A stretch of DNA of 32,000 nt, taken from NCBI GenBank assembly GCA_964629635.1, contig CAZVQS010000002.1, forward strand, positions 43,644-75,643, read 5' to 3'. The notes beneath the pieces are model-generated. The model had not been told where the DNA came from. It saw only the letters and a program-made list of their open reading frames with translations, and searched no databases. Of this stretch, positions 15,524 through 22,722 are shown piece by piece; positions within the stretch are counted from its first letter, which is position 1; the number at the start of each line of letters is the position of its first letter. The DNA is from an uncultured Gammaproteobacteria bacterium. Its GTDB lineage: Bacteria; Patescibacteriota; Microgenomatia; UBA1406; GWC2-37-13. Position numbers and translations under genes: made by a program.

Positions 15524-15906
15524 AACGCATTTATGTATTCGGCAACCCGTTCCTCAAAGAGGACGGCGTGTCCCTCACGCTTGCCCAGTCGATGCAAAAA
15601 TCGTTTCCCTTCCTTGAATTCGTCGTCATGGACCCGAACGACAATTTTCCCCCGGAGGGGGAGCGGGATCTTTGTATCCTTGATGCGGTAAAAGGGATCG
15701 GCAAGGTTATGCTTCTTGATTTCAACGACCTTTCAACCGTTGAAAAAAGCCCGGTTTCGCCGCATGATTACGACCTGCTGCTGCATCTTCTTTTGCTCAA
15801 GAAGATGAAACGGATCGATGAGGTCAGGATCATAGGTGTTCCCTACGGTGCGGCTGACAGCGGTGTTGCGGAAGAGGTGCGCATGCTTATTTCCAGTTTA
15901 CTTTGA
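15520..15906 (+). CDS. hydrogenase maturation endopeptidase (HycI/HyaD-like)
   Basis: The ATG at 15520 overlaps the upstream stop (ATGA). VFGNPFLKEDG, ILDAVKG and SPHDYDL match the three metal-ligand regions (GDDG, VDA, TH) of HycI-type proteases. Confidence 0.6.
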   Translation: MKRIYVFGNPFLKEDGVSLTLAQSMQKSFPFLEFVVMDPNDNFPPEGERDLCILDAVKGIGKVMLLDFNDLSTVEKSPVSPHDYDLLLHLLLLKKMKRIDEVRIIGVPYGAADSGVAEEVRMLISSLL

Positions 15907-17221
15907 GGAAATGGGACGCGCATGACATGCAGGGGTCAAACGCCCGGATGAATTTTTCCACTTCATAAATGATCTTGTGCTGCGTTGCCCCTAAGACGAG
16001 AAGCTCCTCCACGATTTCCCGGATGGCGCGTTCCATGATTACCTGGTTCTGGCCGGTCGGAACCACGATTTCGCCTTTTCGCACCATGCCGTTTGACGCT
16101 ATTTCCAGCTTGTAGTAAAGGGTGCCGCGCGGCGCCTCGATCACCCCCACTCCGAATCCTTCCCTTGCCACCGGCTTTACCGGCGCCTCGGGTTTTATCT
16201 CCATGATGCCGTTTATCAGTTCCACTGCCTGGTCAATCGAGTGGAGGATTTCCACCGCCTGGGCGAGGTTGTTGTAAAACAGGTTTTTTGTCGGGATGAG
16301 CTTCAGGTATTTTGCGGCGCTTTCCTTCGTTTGCGCATGGAGGTACTGTCCGCCCAGACTCAAGCGGGCGATTGCGCCGACCATCATGAGGTCGCCGTCG
16401 AAATTGAATCCGCGCGCCTGCGAATAGGGGATAACCATGCCGTTGAGGTGGTTGCCGAGGTCCTGTTCCTCGATCGTTTCACCCTTTGACGTTTTGATTT
16501 CCCCGTCAAGGTACGAAAAATCCGGGGAAACGAGCGCGGAGAATACGAACGGCGCGTGCACCTCATGGAAAAAGGAAGTATTGGCGAAAAGCTCGATGAG
16601 TTTCAGTATTTTGGGCCGGATAGCCTTAAGGCCGGGTACGAGCGCTTTCAGGTCCTCGGTTTTGGGAACCTTGAGGAATCCCCCGACCTGGGGAGTAGGC
16701 GCATGCACGGAACGGCCGCCGACCGCAATAGACAACTTGTTTCCCGTTTCTTTCACCTCAAACGCATCATCCAGAAGTTCATGCTCAAGGGGATTCTCCA
16801 TGTCAAAGTCAAGGATGGAGTTTTTCTTGAACACGTCAGGAAGCGCGAATATGTAAAGATGCAGTGCATGGTCCCGGATAATGAGTCCGTGGTACAGGAG
16901 CTTGCGCAAAAGCGCGGTCTGGGGAGAGGGCACGAGCCCGTATGCGTTTTCGACCGCTTTAATGGAGGCAAGCAGATGCGCATTGGAACAGGTTCCGCAG
17001 ATGCGGCTCACGAGCGCGGGTACTGCAGTCGCCGGTTTGCCCTGGATTGCCTGGGTATAAAAGCGTTTCCATTCCGAAATGCTGAACTTGAGATCCTTAA
17101 CCCGGTTTTCCTCGATACGGATATCTAGGGAGGCGGCCCCTTCGATCTTGGATATCTCGTCCAGTTTGATCGAATAGGTCCCTTTGGAAATGTCGCTGAT
17201 GTCAAAATTGCTGTCGTGCAT
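15887..17221 (-). CDS. [NiFe] hydrogenase large subunit, cytosolic group 3-like
   Basis: 444 aa. N-terminal Ni-binding motif RICGTCSNAH and C-terminal DPCMSCASH, followed by a 7-aa tail (FLKVNWK). Confidence 0.85.
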   Translation of the reverse strand: MHDSNFDISDISKGTYSIKLDEISKIEGAASLDIRIEENRVKDLKFSISEWKRFYTQAIQGKPATAVPALVSRICGTCSNAHLLASIKAVENAYGLVPSPQTALLRKLLYHGLIIRDHALHLYIFALPDVFKKNSILDFDMENPLEHELLDDAFEVKETGNKLSIAVGGRSVHAPTPQVGGFLKVPKTEDLKALVPGLKAIRPKILKLIELFANTSFFHEVHAPFVFSALVSPDFSYLDGEIKTSKGETIEEQDLGNHLNGMVIPYSQARGFNFDGDLMMVGAIARLSLGGQYLHAQTKESAAKYLKLIPTKNLFYNNLAQAVEILHSIDQAVELINGIMEIKPEAPVKPVAREGFGVGVIEAPRGTLYYKLEIASNGMVRKGEIVVPTGQNQVIMERAIREIVEELLVLGATQHKIIYEVEKFIRAFDPCMSCASHFLKVNWK

Positions 17222-17223
17222 AG

Positions 17224-17721
17224 TTATGGTTTTACTGCGGTGTCTTCGCCAAGACCCGCGATGCTTTTATTCACCAGGTCGATAAAAATCTGTTCGTTCA
17301 TGGGGCAACCGGGTACGTTTGCGTCAACCGGGACGATGTCTGCGAGCTTCCTGACCGTTTCGCTGTAGGGAAAGGCATCAAGAATGGGCCTGATTTCGCT
17401 CTTTTGGCTTTCGTTGAAAAAATTTCTCTGGTTGGAGGGCGATCCGTTGACCGCGCATGATCCGATTGCGACTAGAATTGCCGCCTTAGCGCGGATTTCC
17501 TTCAGTTTCGCCTCCTGGGAAGCGGAGCTGATAGCCCCCTCGACAAACGCGACATCCATTTGCTGGATGTCCTTGGTGTCGTCCCTGCGAAGCGTCCGCG
17601 CATGTACGAATTCGAGTTTTGCGAACCACTCCCGGTAATATCTGTTGAGTATTTCGGTGAACATGATGGTGGAGCCTTCACAGCCGGTGAACGAAAACAG
17701 CCCGATCCGGAGTTTCCTCAT
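17224..17721 (-). CDS. [NiFe] hydrogenase small subunit, minimal single-cluster type (165 aa)
   Basis: Shows FTGCEGS, IGSCAVNG and VPGCP, the positions of the proximal-cluster ligands. The stop is 2 nt before the large-subunit ATG. Confidence 0.8.
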   Translation of the reverse strand: MRKLRIGLFSFTGCEGSTIMFTEILNRYYREWFAKLEFVHARTLRRDDTKDIQQMDVAFVEGAISSASQEAKLKEIRAKAAILVAIGSCAVNGSPSNQRNFFNESQKSEIRPILDAFPYSETVRKLADIVPVDANVPGCPMNEQIFIDLVNKSIAGLGEDTAVKP

Positions 17722-17793
17722 ATCATCATTCTATCACGGGCGGGACCGATTGTTTTTACATCAACAGGCAGGCATATCTGCTATCATGGATAT

Positions 17794-18855
17794 ATGACCC
17801 TTACCGAGGTGTCCTATTTCAGTCGCAAGCTCGCGCCTTTTTTCATCCTTGCCTTTGTCGTGGTACTTATCATGTTTTACACGATAAAACTGTTCTTCCT
17901 GTTTGCGGAAATGAACCGGCCGGAAGATCTGCCTATCGAGACGGTCTTCAACGAATTGAAGCCTATTGAGATCGCAACCGCGTCAAACAGCGCCGGGCAT
18001 TCCTACGTGATCGATACCGTCGATGGAGAACCGATTACCGCGACCGCAACCGCAAAAGTGTTCATGCTTCCCGAAAGCAAATTCCGGTTCGGCTACCGCG
18101 AAAAAATATACCTCATGGCAAAAACATTCGGGTTCGAACCGGAGATAGAACACAAGCTTGAAAACAAGACAGAGGCGGTTTTCGACGACGGAAAAAAGAA
18201 GCTACGGATCGATATCAACAATTTCAATTTCAAATTCGATACCGACATCACACACAGTCCGGAGCTTTTCGAAAAAAACGGGGCTCCGAACAAGGAAACT
18301 GCCCAGAACCGGGCGGTCGACTTCCTCAAGTCGTTTGACCGGTATCCGGAAGATCTGGCAAAAGGCCGTATGAACGTGATTTTCCTCGAGTACGACAAGG
18401 CAGCAAGCAAAACCGGGGTTCTTGCCGACAATATCGGCTCCAACATGGTCGAGGTTGACTTTTACCGCGCGGACATCGACCAGTATCCGATCGTGTCTTC
18501 AAGCTATTTCAACAGCCACAACTATGTGACCATGGTGGTGACGGAGTTCGATTATAAGGTGGTAAGCGCACGCATCAGTTTCTTCGAGAAGTCCGAGGGA
18601 CAGGTCGGCATTTATCCGGTTATCGACGGGCATGCCGCCCTTGAAAAACTGGCGACAGGCAGCGGATTTATCGTGTCGGGTGCAAATATTCCAAAAAAGG
18701 AAATAGCTATCAAGAGGATGTTTTTGGGTTACTACGATCCGGACGTGTACCAGTCCTACCTCCAGCCGGTGTATGTGTTCCTGGGGGACGATAATTTTGC
18801 GGCATATGTGCCGGCTATCACGGATGAATGGCTGATCGATTACTCCAAGCTGTAG
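17794..18855 (+). CDS. hypothetical membrane-anchored extracytoplasmic protein (353 aa)
   Basis: The ATG at 17794 is preferred because a -10-like TATCAT sits 6 nt upstream. One N-terminal TM segment (LAPFFILAFVVVLIMFYTIKLFFLF). The remainder has no recognised family. Confidence 0.6.
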   Translation: MTLTEVSYFSRKLAPFFILAFVVVLIMFYTIKLFFLFAEMNRPEDLPIETVFNELKPIEIATASNSAGHSYVIDTVDGEPITATATAKVFMLPESKFRFGYREKIYLMAKTFGFEPEIEHKLENKTEAVFDDGKKKLRIDINNFNFKFDTDITHSPELFEKNGAPNKETAQNRAVDFLKSFDRYPEDLAKGRMNVIFLEYDKAASKTGVLADNIGSNMVEVDFYRADIDQYPIVSSSYFNSHNYVTMVVTEFDYKVVSARISFFEKSEGQVGIYPVIDGHAALEKLATGSGFIVSGANIPKKEIAIKRMFLGYYDPDVYQSYLQPVYVFLGDDNFAAYVPAITDEWLIDYSKL

Positions 18856-19745
18856 TACTTCACGTTTTCGTCGATCCATCGCACCACGTTTCGCGTGTCA
18901 TTGAACCGGTCTTCGCTTTTGAGGATGACGATGATGAACTGGTGCCCATTTTTTTTGTAGAAACTCACGAGGTTTTCTCCCGCGTTCTCGGTATATCCGG
19001 TCTTGAGTCCGCCGATGCCGTGGATTTCGCCAAGCAGCTGGTTGACGTTGGTAAGGCGGTGGAATCGGGTGAATTCCTCGTCCGCGATTTCGATTTCCTT
19101 GGTGGCCACAAACCGGGCGAGATACTTGTTTTTCAAAAGTTCCCGGGCCGCCACCGCCAGGTCAAGGGGGGTTGTGTACTGGTTCGGGTTATCCAGCCCC
19201 GCCGGGTTTTCGAAATGGGTAGACTGCATGCCGATTTCTTTTGCCTTGTCGTTCATGAGCGTAATGAATTTGTCATACCCGACATTGTCCGCGAACGTGT
19301 ATGCTGCATCGTTTGCCGAATGCACGAGGATACCGTAGAGGAGGTTTTCCGCGCTCATGCGCTCGCCCTGCACAAGGTCCATCACCTGGCCTTCGGTAAA
19401 TGCTTTTTTTACGGTCAGGATATCTTCGGGTTTATAGACATCGTTCACGACGAGGGATGTTATGATCTTGGTAGTGGAGGCGGGGAAAAACCGCTCCCTG
19501 CTGTTGCGCTCGTACACGGGGGTGAATGAGGGAAGGTCGGCAATGTAAACTCCCGCTGCCGTAATATCGGGCGGCGGTGCTTTGTCGACATAGGGAACCG
19601 GATGTATTTTGAACGGAAGGGAAACTTCCTGTTTGCCGAACGCTTCGCGGTTATAGGCGAATATATGGTAATACCACGAGTCGCCCGGATAAAAGAGAAA
19701 AAGGAATGTGAAAAGGACAAACAGGATATGGAATCGGTACTTCAT
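18840..19745 (-). CDS. D-alanyl-D-alanine carboxypeptidase (serine type, S11/PBP5-like)
   Basis: N-terminal TM/signal segment plus the SxxK (ASTTK), SxN (HSAND) and KTG (KTGYT) motifs. Confidence 0.85.
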   Translation of the reverse strand: MKYRFHILFVLFTFLFLFYPGDSWYYHIFAYNREAFGKQEVSLPFKIHPVPYVDKAPPPDITAAGVYIADLPSFTPVYERNSRERFFPASTTKIITSLVVNDVYKPEDILTVKKAFTEGQVMDLVQGERMSAENLLYGILVHSANDAAYTFADNVGYDKFITLMNDKAKEIGMQSTHFENPAGLDNPNQYTTPLDLAVAARELLKNKYLARFVATKEIEIADEEFTRFHRLTNVNQLLGEIHGIGGLKTGYTENAGENLVSFYKKNGHQFIIVILKSEDRFNDTRNVVRWIDENVKYYSLE

Positions 19746-21127
19746 TTATCCTCAGGTTCCTTATCAACATGTAACCCGAGCTCGACGAGCTTTTCCTCAC
19801 GGATCGGGGAGGGGGCATTCATGACCGCGGTTTTGCCGCCCGATGTCATCGGGAATGGAATGACCTCTCGCAGCGAGGGCTCGTTCGTGATGCAGGTGAG
19901 CAGCCGGTCGATGCCCGGCGCGATGCCTCCGTGGGGAGGGGTGCCGTAGGAAAACGCTTCAAGCATATGGCCGAACTGGGATTGGATTTCCTCCTGCCCA
20001 TACCCCATGATTTCAAAAACGGTCTTCAAAACGTCCGGTTCATGGCTTCTGATGCTGCCACCGCCGACCTCATACCCGTTGCAGACCAGATCGTACTGGG
20101 TGGTGAGTATTTTCGGTATGTCGCGTTTGGCAAGGAGCGCTTCCTTGTATTCGGGAAGAGGGGCCGAAAAGGGGTTGTGGGTGAATGTCCAGCCGCCTTC
20201 TTCCGTTTTTTCGAAAAAGGGGAAATCCACAACCCATGCGAATGCCTGGATATTCTGCTTTTTTTCCTCCTCCGTGCGCATGTCGAATTTGTCTGCCCCG
20301 TATTGCTCCATCGCCTGTTTGTAGGTGAACACGGGGAACGGTTTCGTGCGGATCGGGATATCGAGTTTTCCGTATACGTCGATGATCATTCCTTCGATGA
20401 GGTCCATGACGTCTTTCCGTTCCACGAAGCTCATCTCCAGATCAAGCTGCGTGAATTCGCCGTATGCACGGTCGGCGCGAGGATCCTCGTCACGGAAGCA
20501 GCGGGCGATCTGAAAATATTTTTCGAGACCCCCGGCCATAAGGAGCTGCTTGTACTGCTGGGGCGACTGGGGGAGCGCATAGAATTTACCCTTCTGCAGG
20601 CGGGAGGGTACGATGAAGTCGCGCGCCCCTTCAGGCGTCGTTTCGCTCAGGATAGGCGTTTCGATTTCAAGGAACTCATGGCCGAAAAGGTATTCGCGGA
20701 TGAGCTGGATGAACCGGGAACGGAGCGCGATGTTTTTCGCCATGCGGGGTCTTCTCAAGTCAAGGTACCGGTATTTCATGCGGATTTCCTCATCGATCTC
20801 GTATCCGTCGGTGTTGACCGGAAGGGGGAGGGGTTTGGATTTGTTGAGCACAGTAAAAGATCTTCCTTCAATCTCGACCGTTCCGGTCGGCAGCTTCGGA
20901 TTGACGAGCTTTTCCGGCCGTTTTTTCACGAGTCCTTTGATGATGACCGCATCCTCAAGCGACAATGTCTTGAATTCCTCGCCGCCAACGACCTGTACCA
21001 TGCCGCTCCGGTCGCGCAGGTCCAGGAACACGATTTTCTTATGGTCGCGTTTCGTGTTTACCCATCCGTACAGTTCCACTTCCTGTCCGATTTTTTCCGT
21101 TACGTCCTTGATATGGAGTGTTTTCAT
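19742..21127 (-). CDS. aspS: aspartyl-tRNA synthetase, bacterial-type core without the GAD insertion domain
   Basis: The ATG at 21127 (MKTLHIKDV...) is preferred. Shows an OB-fold N-terminus, FRDEDPRADR...EFTQLDLEMSF (motif 2), YGADKFDMR followed after ~12 aa by FAWVVDFPFFE, and PPHGGIAPGIDRL (motif 3). Confidence 0.9.
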   Translation of the reverse strand: MKTLHIKDVTEKIGQEVELYGWVNTKRDHKKIVFLDLRDRSGMVQVVGGEEFKTLSLEDAVIIKGLVKKRPEKLVNPKLPTGTVEIEGRSFTVLNKSKPLPLPVNTDGYEIDEEIRMKYRYLDLRRPRMAKNIALRSRFIQLIREYLFGHEFLEIETPILSETTPEGARDFIVPSRLQKGKFYALPQSPQQYKQLLMAGGLEKYFQIARCFRDEDPRADRAYGEFTQLDLEMSFVERKDVMDLIEGMIIDVYGKLDIPIRTKPFPVFTYKQAMEQYGADKFDMRTEEEKKQNIQAFAWVVDFPFFEKTEEGGWTFTHNPFSAPLPEYKEALLAKRDIPKILTTQYDLVCNGYEVGGGSIRSHEPDVLKTVFEIMGYGQEEIQSQFGHMLEAFSYGTPPHGGIAPGIDRLLTCITNEPSLREVIPFPMTSGGKTAVMNAPSPIREEKLVELGLHVDKEPEDK

Positions 21128-21263
21128 ATTCCCATATGATATACCAAAACACGCCGGTTTTGTATGCCTTTTATGCGATCCTGGTGTTTCGCGGGTGCAT
21201 CCGGATGGCATATTGCACGGGAGCGGCTGACGGGTAAGGAATGTAAGAAACGTAAGTGCGCTC

Positions 21264-21292
21264 TTTACTAAAACGTATTAGTGTGCTAAAAT
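21264..21292 (+). promoter_or_regulatory. extended -10 promoter driving the small ORF/leader RNA
   Basis: TTTACT (21264-21269), 17-nt spacer ending in TGC, TAAAAT (21287-21292), then 6 nt to the ATG at 21299. Confidence 0.5.
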
Positions 21293-21298
21293 AAAAAC

Positions 21299-21379
21299 AT
21301 GAATTCCCGCACGCTTACCATTATCACGTTCAGGCAAGCGGTCCTTTATGGGACGGAAGCGGGGACTTCATGCAGTTGA
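21299..21379 (+). CDS. candidate leaderless small ORF / leader peptide (26 aa)
   Basis: Translates to MNSRTLTIITFRQAVLYGTEAGTSCS. The ATG sits at the leaderless distance from a -10 box. The ORF is embedded in mutually complementary RNA segments upstream of a terminator. Confidence 0.35.
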   Translation: MNSRTLTIITFRQAVLYGTEAGTSCS

Positions 21380-21398
21380 CGACCACTCATGAAAAACC

Positions 21399-21426
21399 AC
21401 CCCGCCTCAAACAAGCGGGGTTTTTT
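21399..21426 (+). terminator. intrinsic terminator hairpin with a T-tract
   Basis: ACCCCGC (21399-21405) pairs with GCGGGGT (21415-21421) across a 9-nt loop, followed by TTTTTT (21421-21426). An A-run (21392-21396) precedes the stem. Confidence 0.7.
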
Positions 21427-21432
21427 AGTACT

Positions 21433-22647
21433 ATGGCAAAACAGGAACAAAAAAGACAACTGGAAACAGCTCCTGCCGGTAACGGCGCAGGACTGGGCAT
21501 ACGCTTTAATGCGGACGATTTGGCGGAGCTGGCTTTGAGGTCGCGGCATGCGGCGCTGTCGCACGGAACCGTGTCCGGGACGGGCGCCATGTCGTTTTCA
21601 AGGCGTTCGGTCCAGGCCGACGGGCAGACCGCAGGTCTCATCAATCAGCTTGAGCAGAGCGGCAGGGCACGGGTGGAGGAGCGTATTCCTTCCCGCAGCG
21701 GCTGCATGGATAGCGGGAACGTAGTCGTGTATCCGAAACGGAACAGGGATAAGGTATCTGTTATTGAAACAGTGGATGCGGATCTGCTTGCACCGATCGC
21801 ACGGCTTTACGGAGAACGTACCGTACCGGTCGATTCGGTGACACTCCTTCCCAACATATCCCCTGACAAGCCCAAAGGTTTGGTTATCGCGCTTGATCCA
21901 AAAGCGGAGAAACCCTGGCTCCGCGTTCCGGCGCTCAACTGGCAGTACGGCCGCGGGCTTTTGGTAACCGCCCTTCGCATGGATACGGACGAGTTTATCG
22001 AACGGAGCGACCTTTTGCTTGCAGGTGCACTTGCCGCTGGAAAGGAAACCGAACCGGGCGAGCTCAAATACCTGCAGTTCGCGTACGATGCGCAGGGGCG
22101 CATGTATATGGTAATGGCGGGCGGCCCGTCCCACCGCGAAACGGACGGCATGGTGCAGGGTATCGTGCAGGCGAAAAAGGCACGTCATGCCCAGGAAATC
22201 CTTGAGGCGCAGAACCAATTCGGCAGAATCAAGCGGACCGGTCTTGCGATGGAACTTGCGCACAGCTTGGGTTTGCCTATAGACGATTTCGTGGCGGACG
22301 CCACCTACATAGAAGCCGATCTTGATGCGGGACTGGTTTTTTCCGGTGCGGCGCAGACAAGCGCCAACGGACTCAAGCCTTTTACCGTCGGCAATTCGCG
22401 CATCATTCTCCATACGGAAGGACAGGGTGTGGTGACTCCGGTCGGCGCAAAAACGGCATCAAACCCCAAAACGGATATGCCTGCGCTTCCGCCGGGCATG
22501 GCCATCGATCCGCCTTCAAAAACCGCGGCAGCGCCTCTTTTCGGAGCGGAAGCCGTGGAAGGGTACATAGGGGCACTTCCCAACCGCATGCAGCTTGAGG
22601 TGCTTGGTCTCGGATATCATACGGACATGCGCCAGGCGCGAAGGTAA
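21433..22647 (+). CDS. orphan hypothetical protein (404 aa), no recognisable domain
   Basis: Long open frame with plausible amino-acid composition. The opposite-strand ORFs are R/C/H-rich shadows. The ATG at 21433 is chosen because the longer listed ORF (21370) runs through the terminator hairpin. Confidence 0.6.
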   Translation: MAKQEQKRQLETAPAGNGAGLGIRFNADDLAELALRSRHAALSHGTVSGTGAMSFSRRSVQADGQTAGLINQLEQSGRARVEERIPSRSGCMDSGNVVVYPKRNRDKVSVIETVDADLLAPIARLYGERTVPVDSVTLLPNISPDKPKGLVIALDPKAEKPWLRVPALNWQYGRGLLVTALRMDTDEFIERSDLLLAGALAAGKETEPGELKYLQFAYDAQGRMYMVMAGGPSHRETDGMVQGIVQAKKARHAQEILEAQNQFGRIKRTGLAMELAHSLGLPIDDFVADATYIEADLDAGLVFSGAAQTSANGLKPFTVGNSRIILHTEGQGVVTPVGAKTASNPKTDMPALPPGMAIDPPSKTAAAPLFGAEAVEGYIGALPNRMQLEVLGLGYHTDMRQARR

Positions 22648-22668
22648 GCTTCTTCAACTATCTTATAG

Positions 22669-22696
22669 TTGCATTTAATCGGAAAAGTACTATAAT
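22669..22696 (+). promoter_or_regulatory. sigma70-type promoter for the PRPP-synthetase-like gene
   Basis: TTGCAT (22669-22674), 16-nt spacer, TATAAT (22691-22696). The ATG at 22723 is 26 nt downstream. Confidence 0.55.
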
Positions 22697-22722
22697 GGGG
22701 GGCAACAGAATCTTCCAATCCT

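Noticed and set aside
19931-21139. 402-aa ORF on the plus strand across the aspS locus
   Set aside because: It is fully antisense to a confidently recognised AspRS gene. Its translation is Arg/His/Phe-rich with no motifs. It is a typical shadow ORF of GC-rich coding DNA. The same reasoning applies to 18828-19529, 24232-24921, 24813-25283, 26169-26855, 27883-28548, 28493-29137, 29560-30222 and 31111-31827.
21299-21426. Assignment of the leader RNA to a known class (SRP RNA, ykkC/guanidine-I or PRPP riboswitch, ZTP, purine)
   Set aside because: There are only loose resemblances (GGUCC..., ACGGAAGCGGGGAC, CCGCCUC). The core conserved nucleotides I remember for these classes are not present in the right order. 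The element is left unclassified pending a covariance-model search.
21598-22413. 271-aa minus-strand ORF as an alternative to the 404-aa orphan plus-strand ORF
   Set aside because: I considered it because the plus-strand product has no recognisable family. The minus frame is shorter and Arg/His/Cys-rich. It also lacks any start context, whereas the plus frame follows a promoter/leader/terminator arrangement. It remains formally untested.
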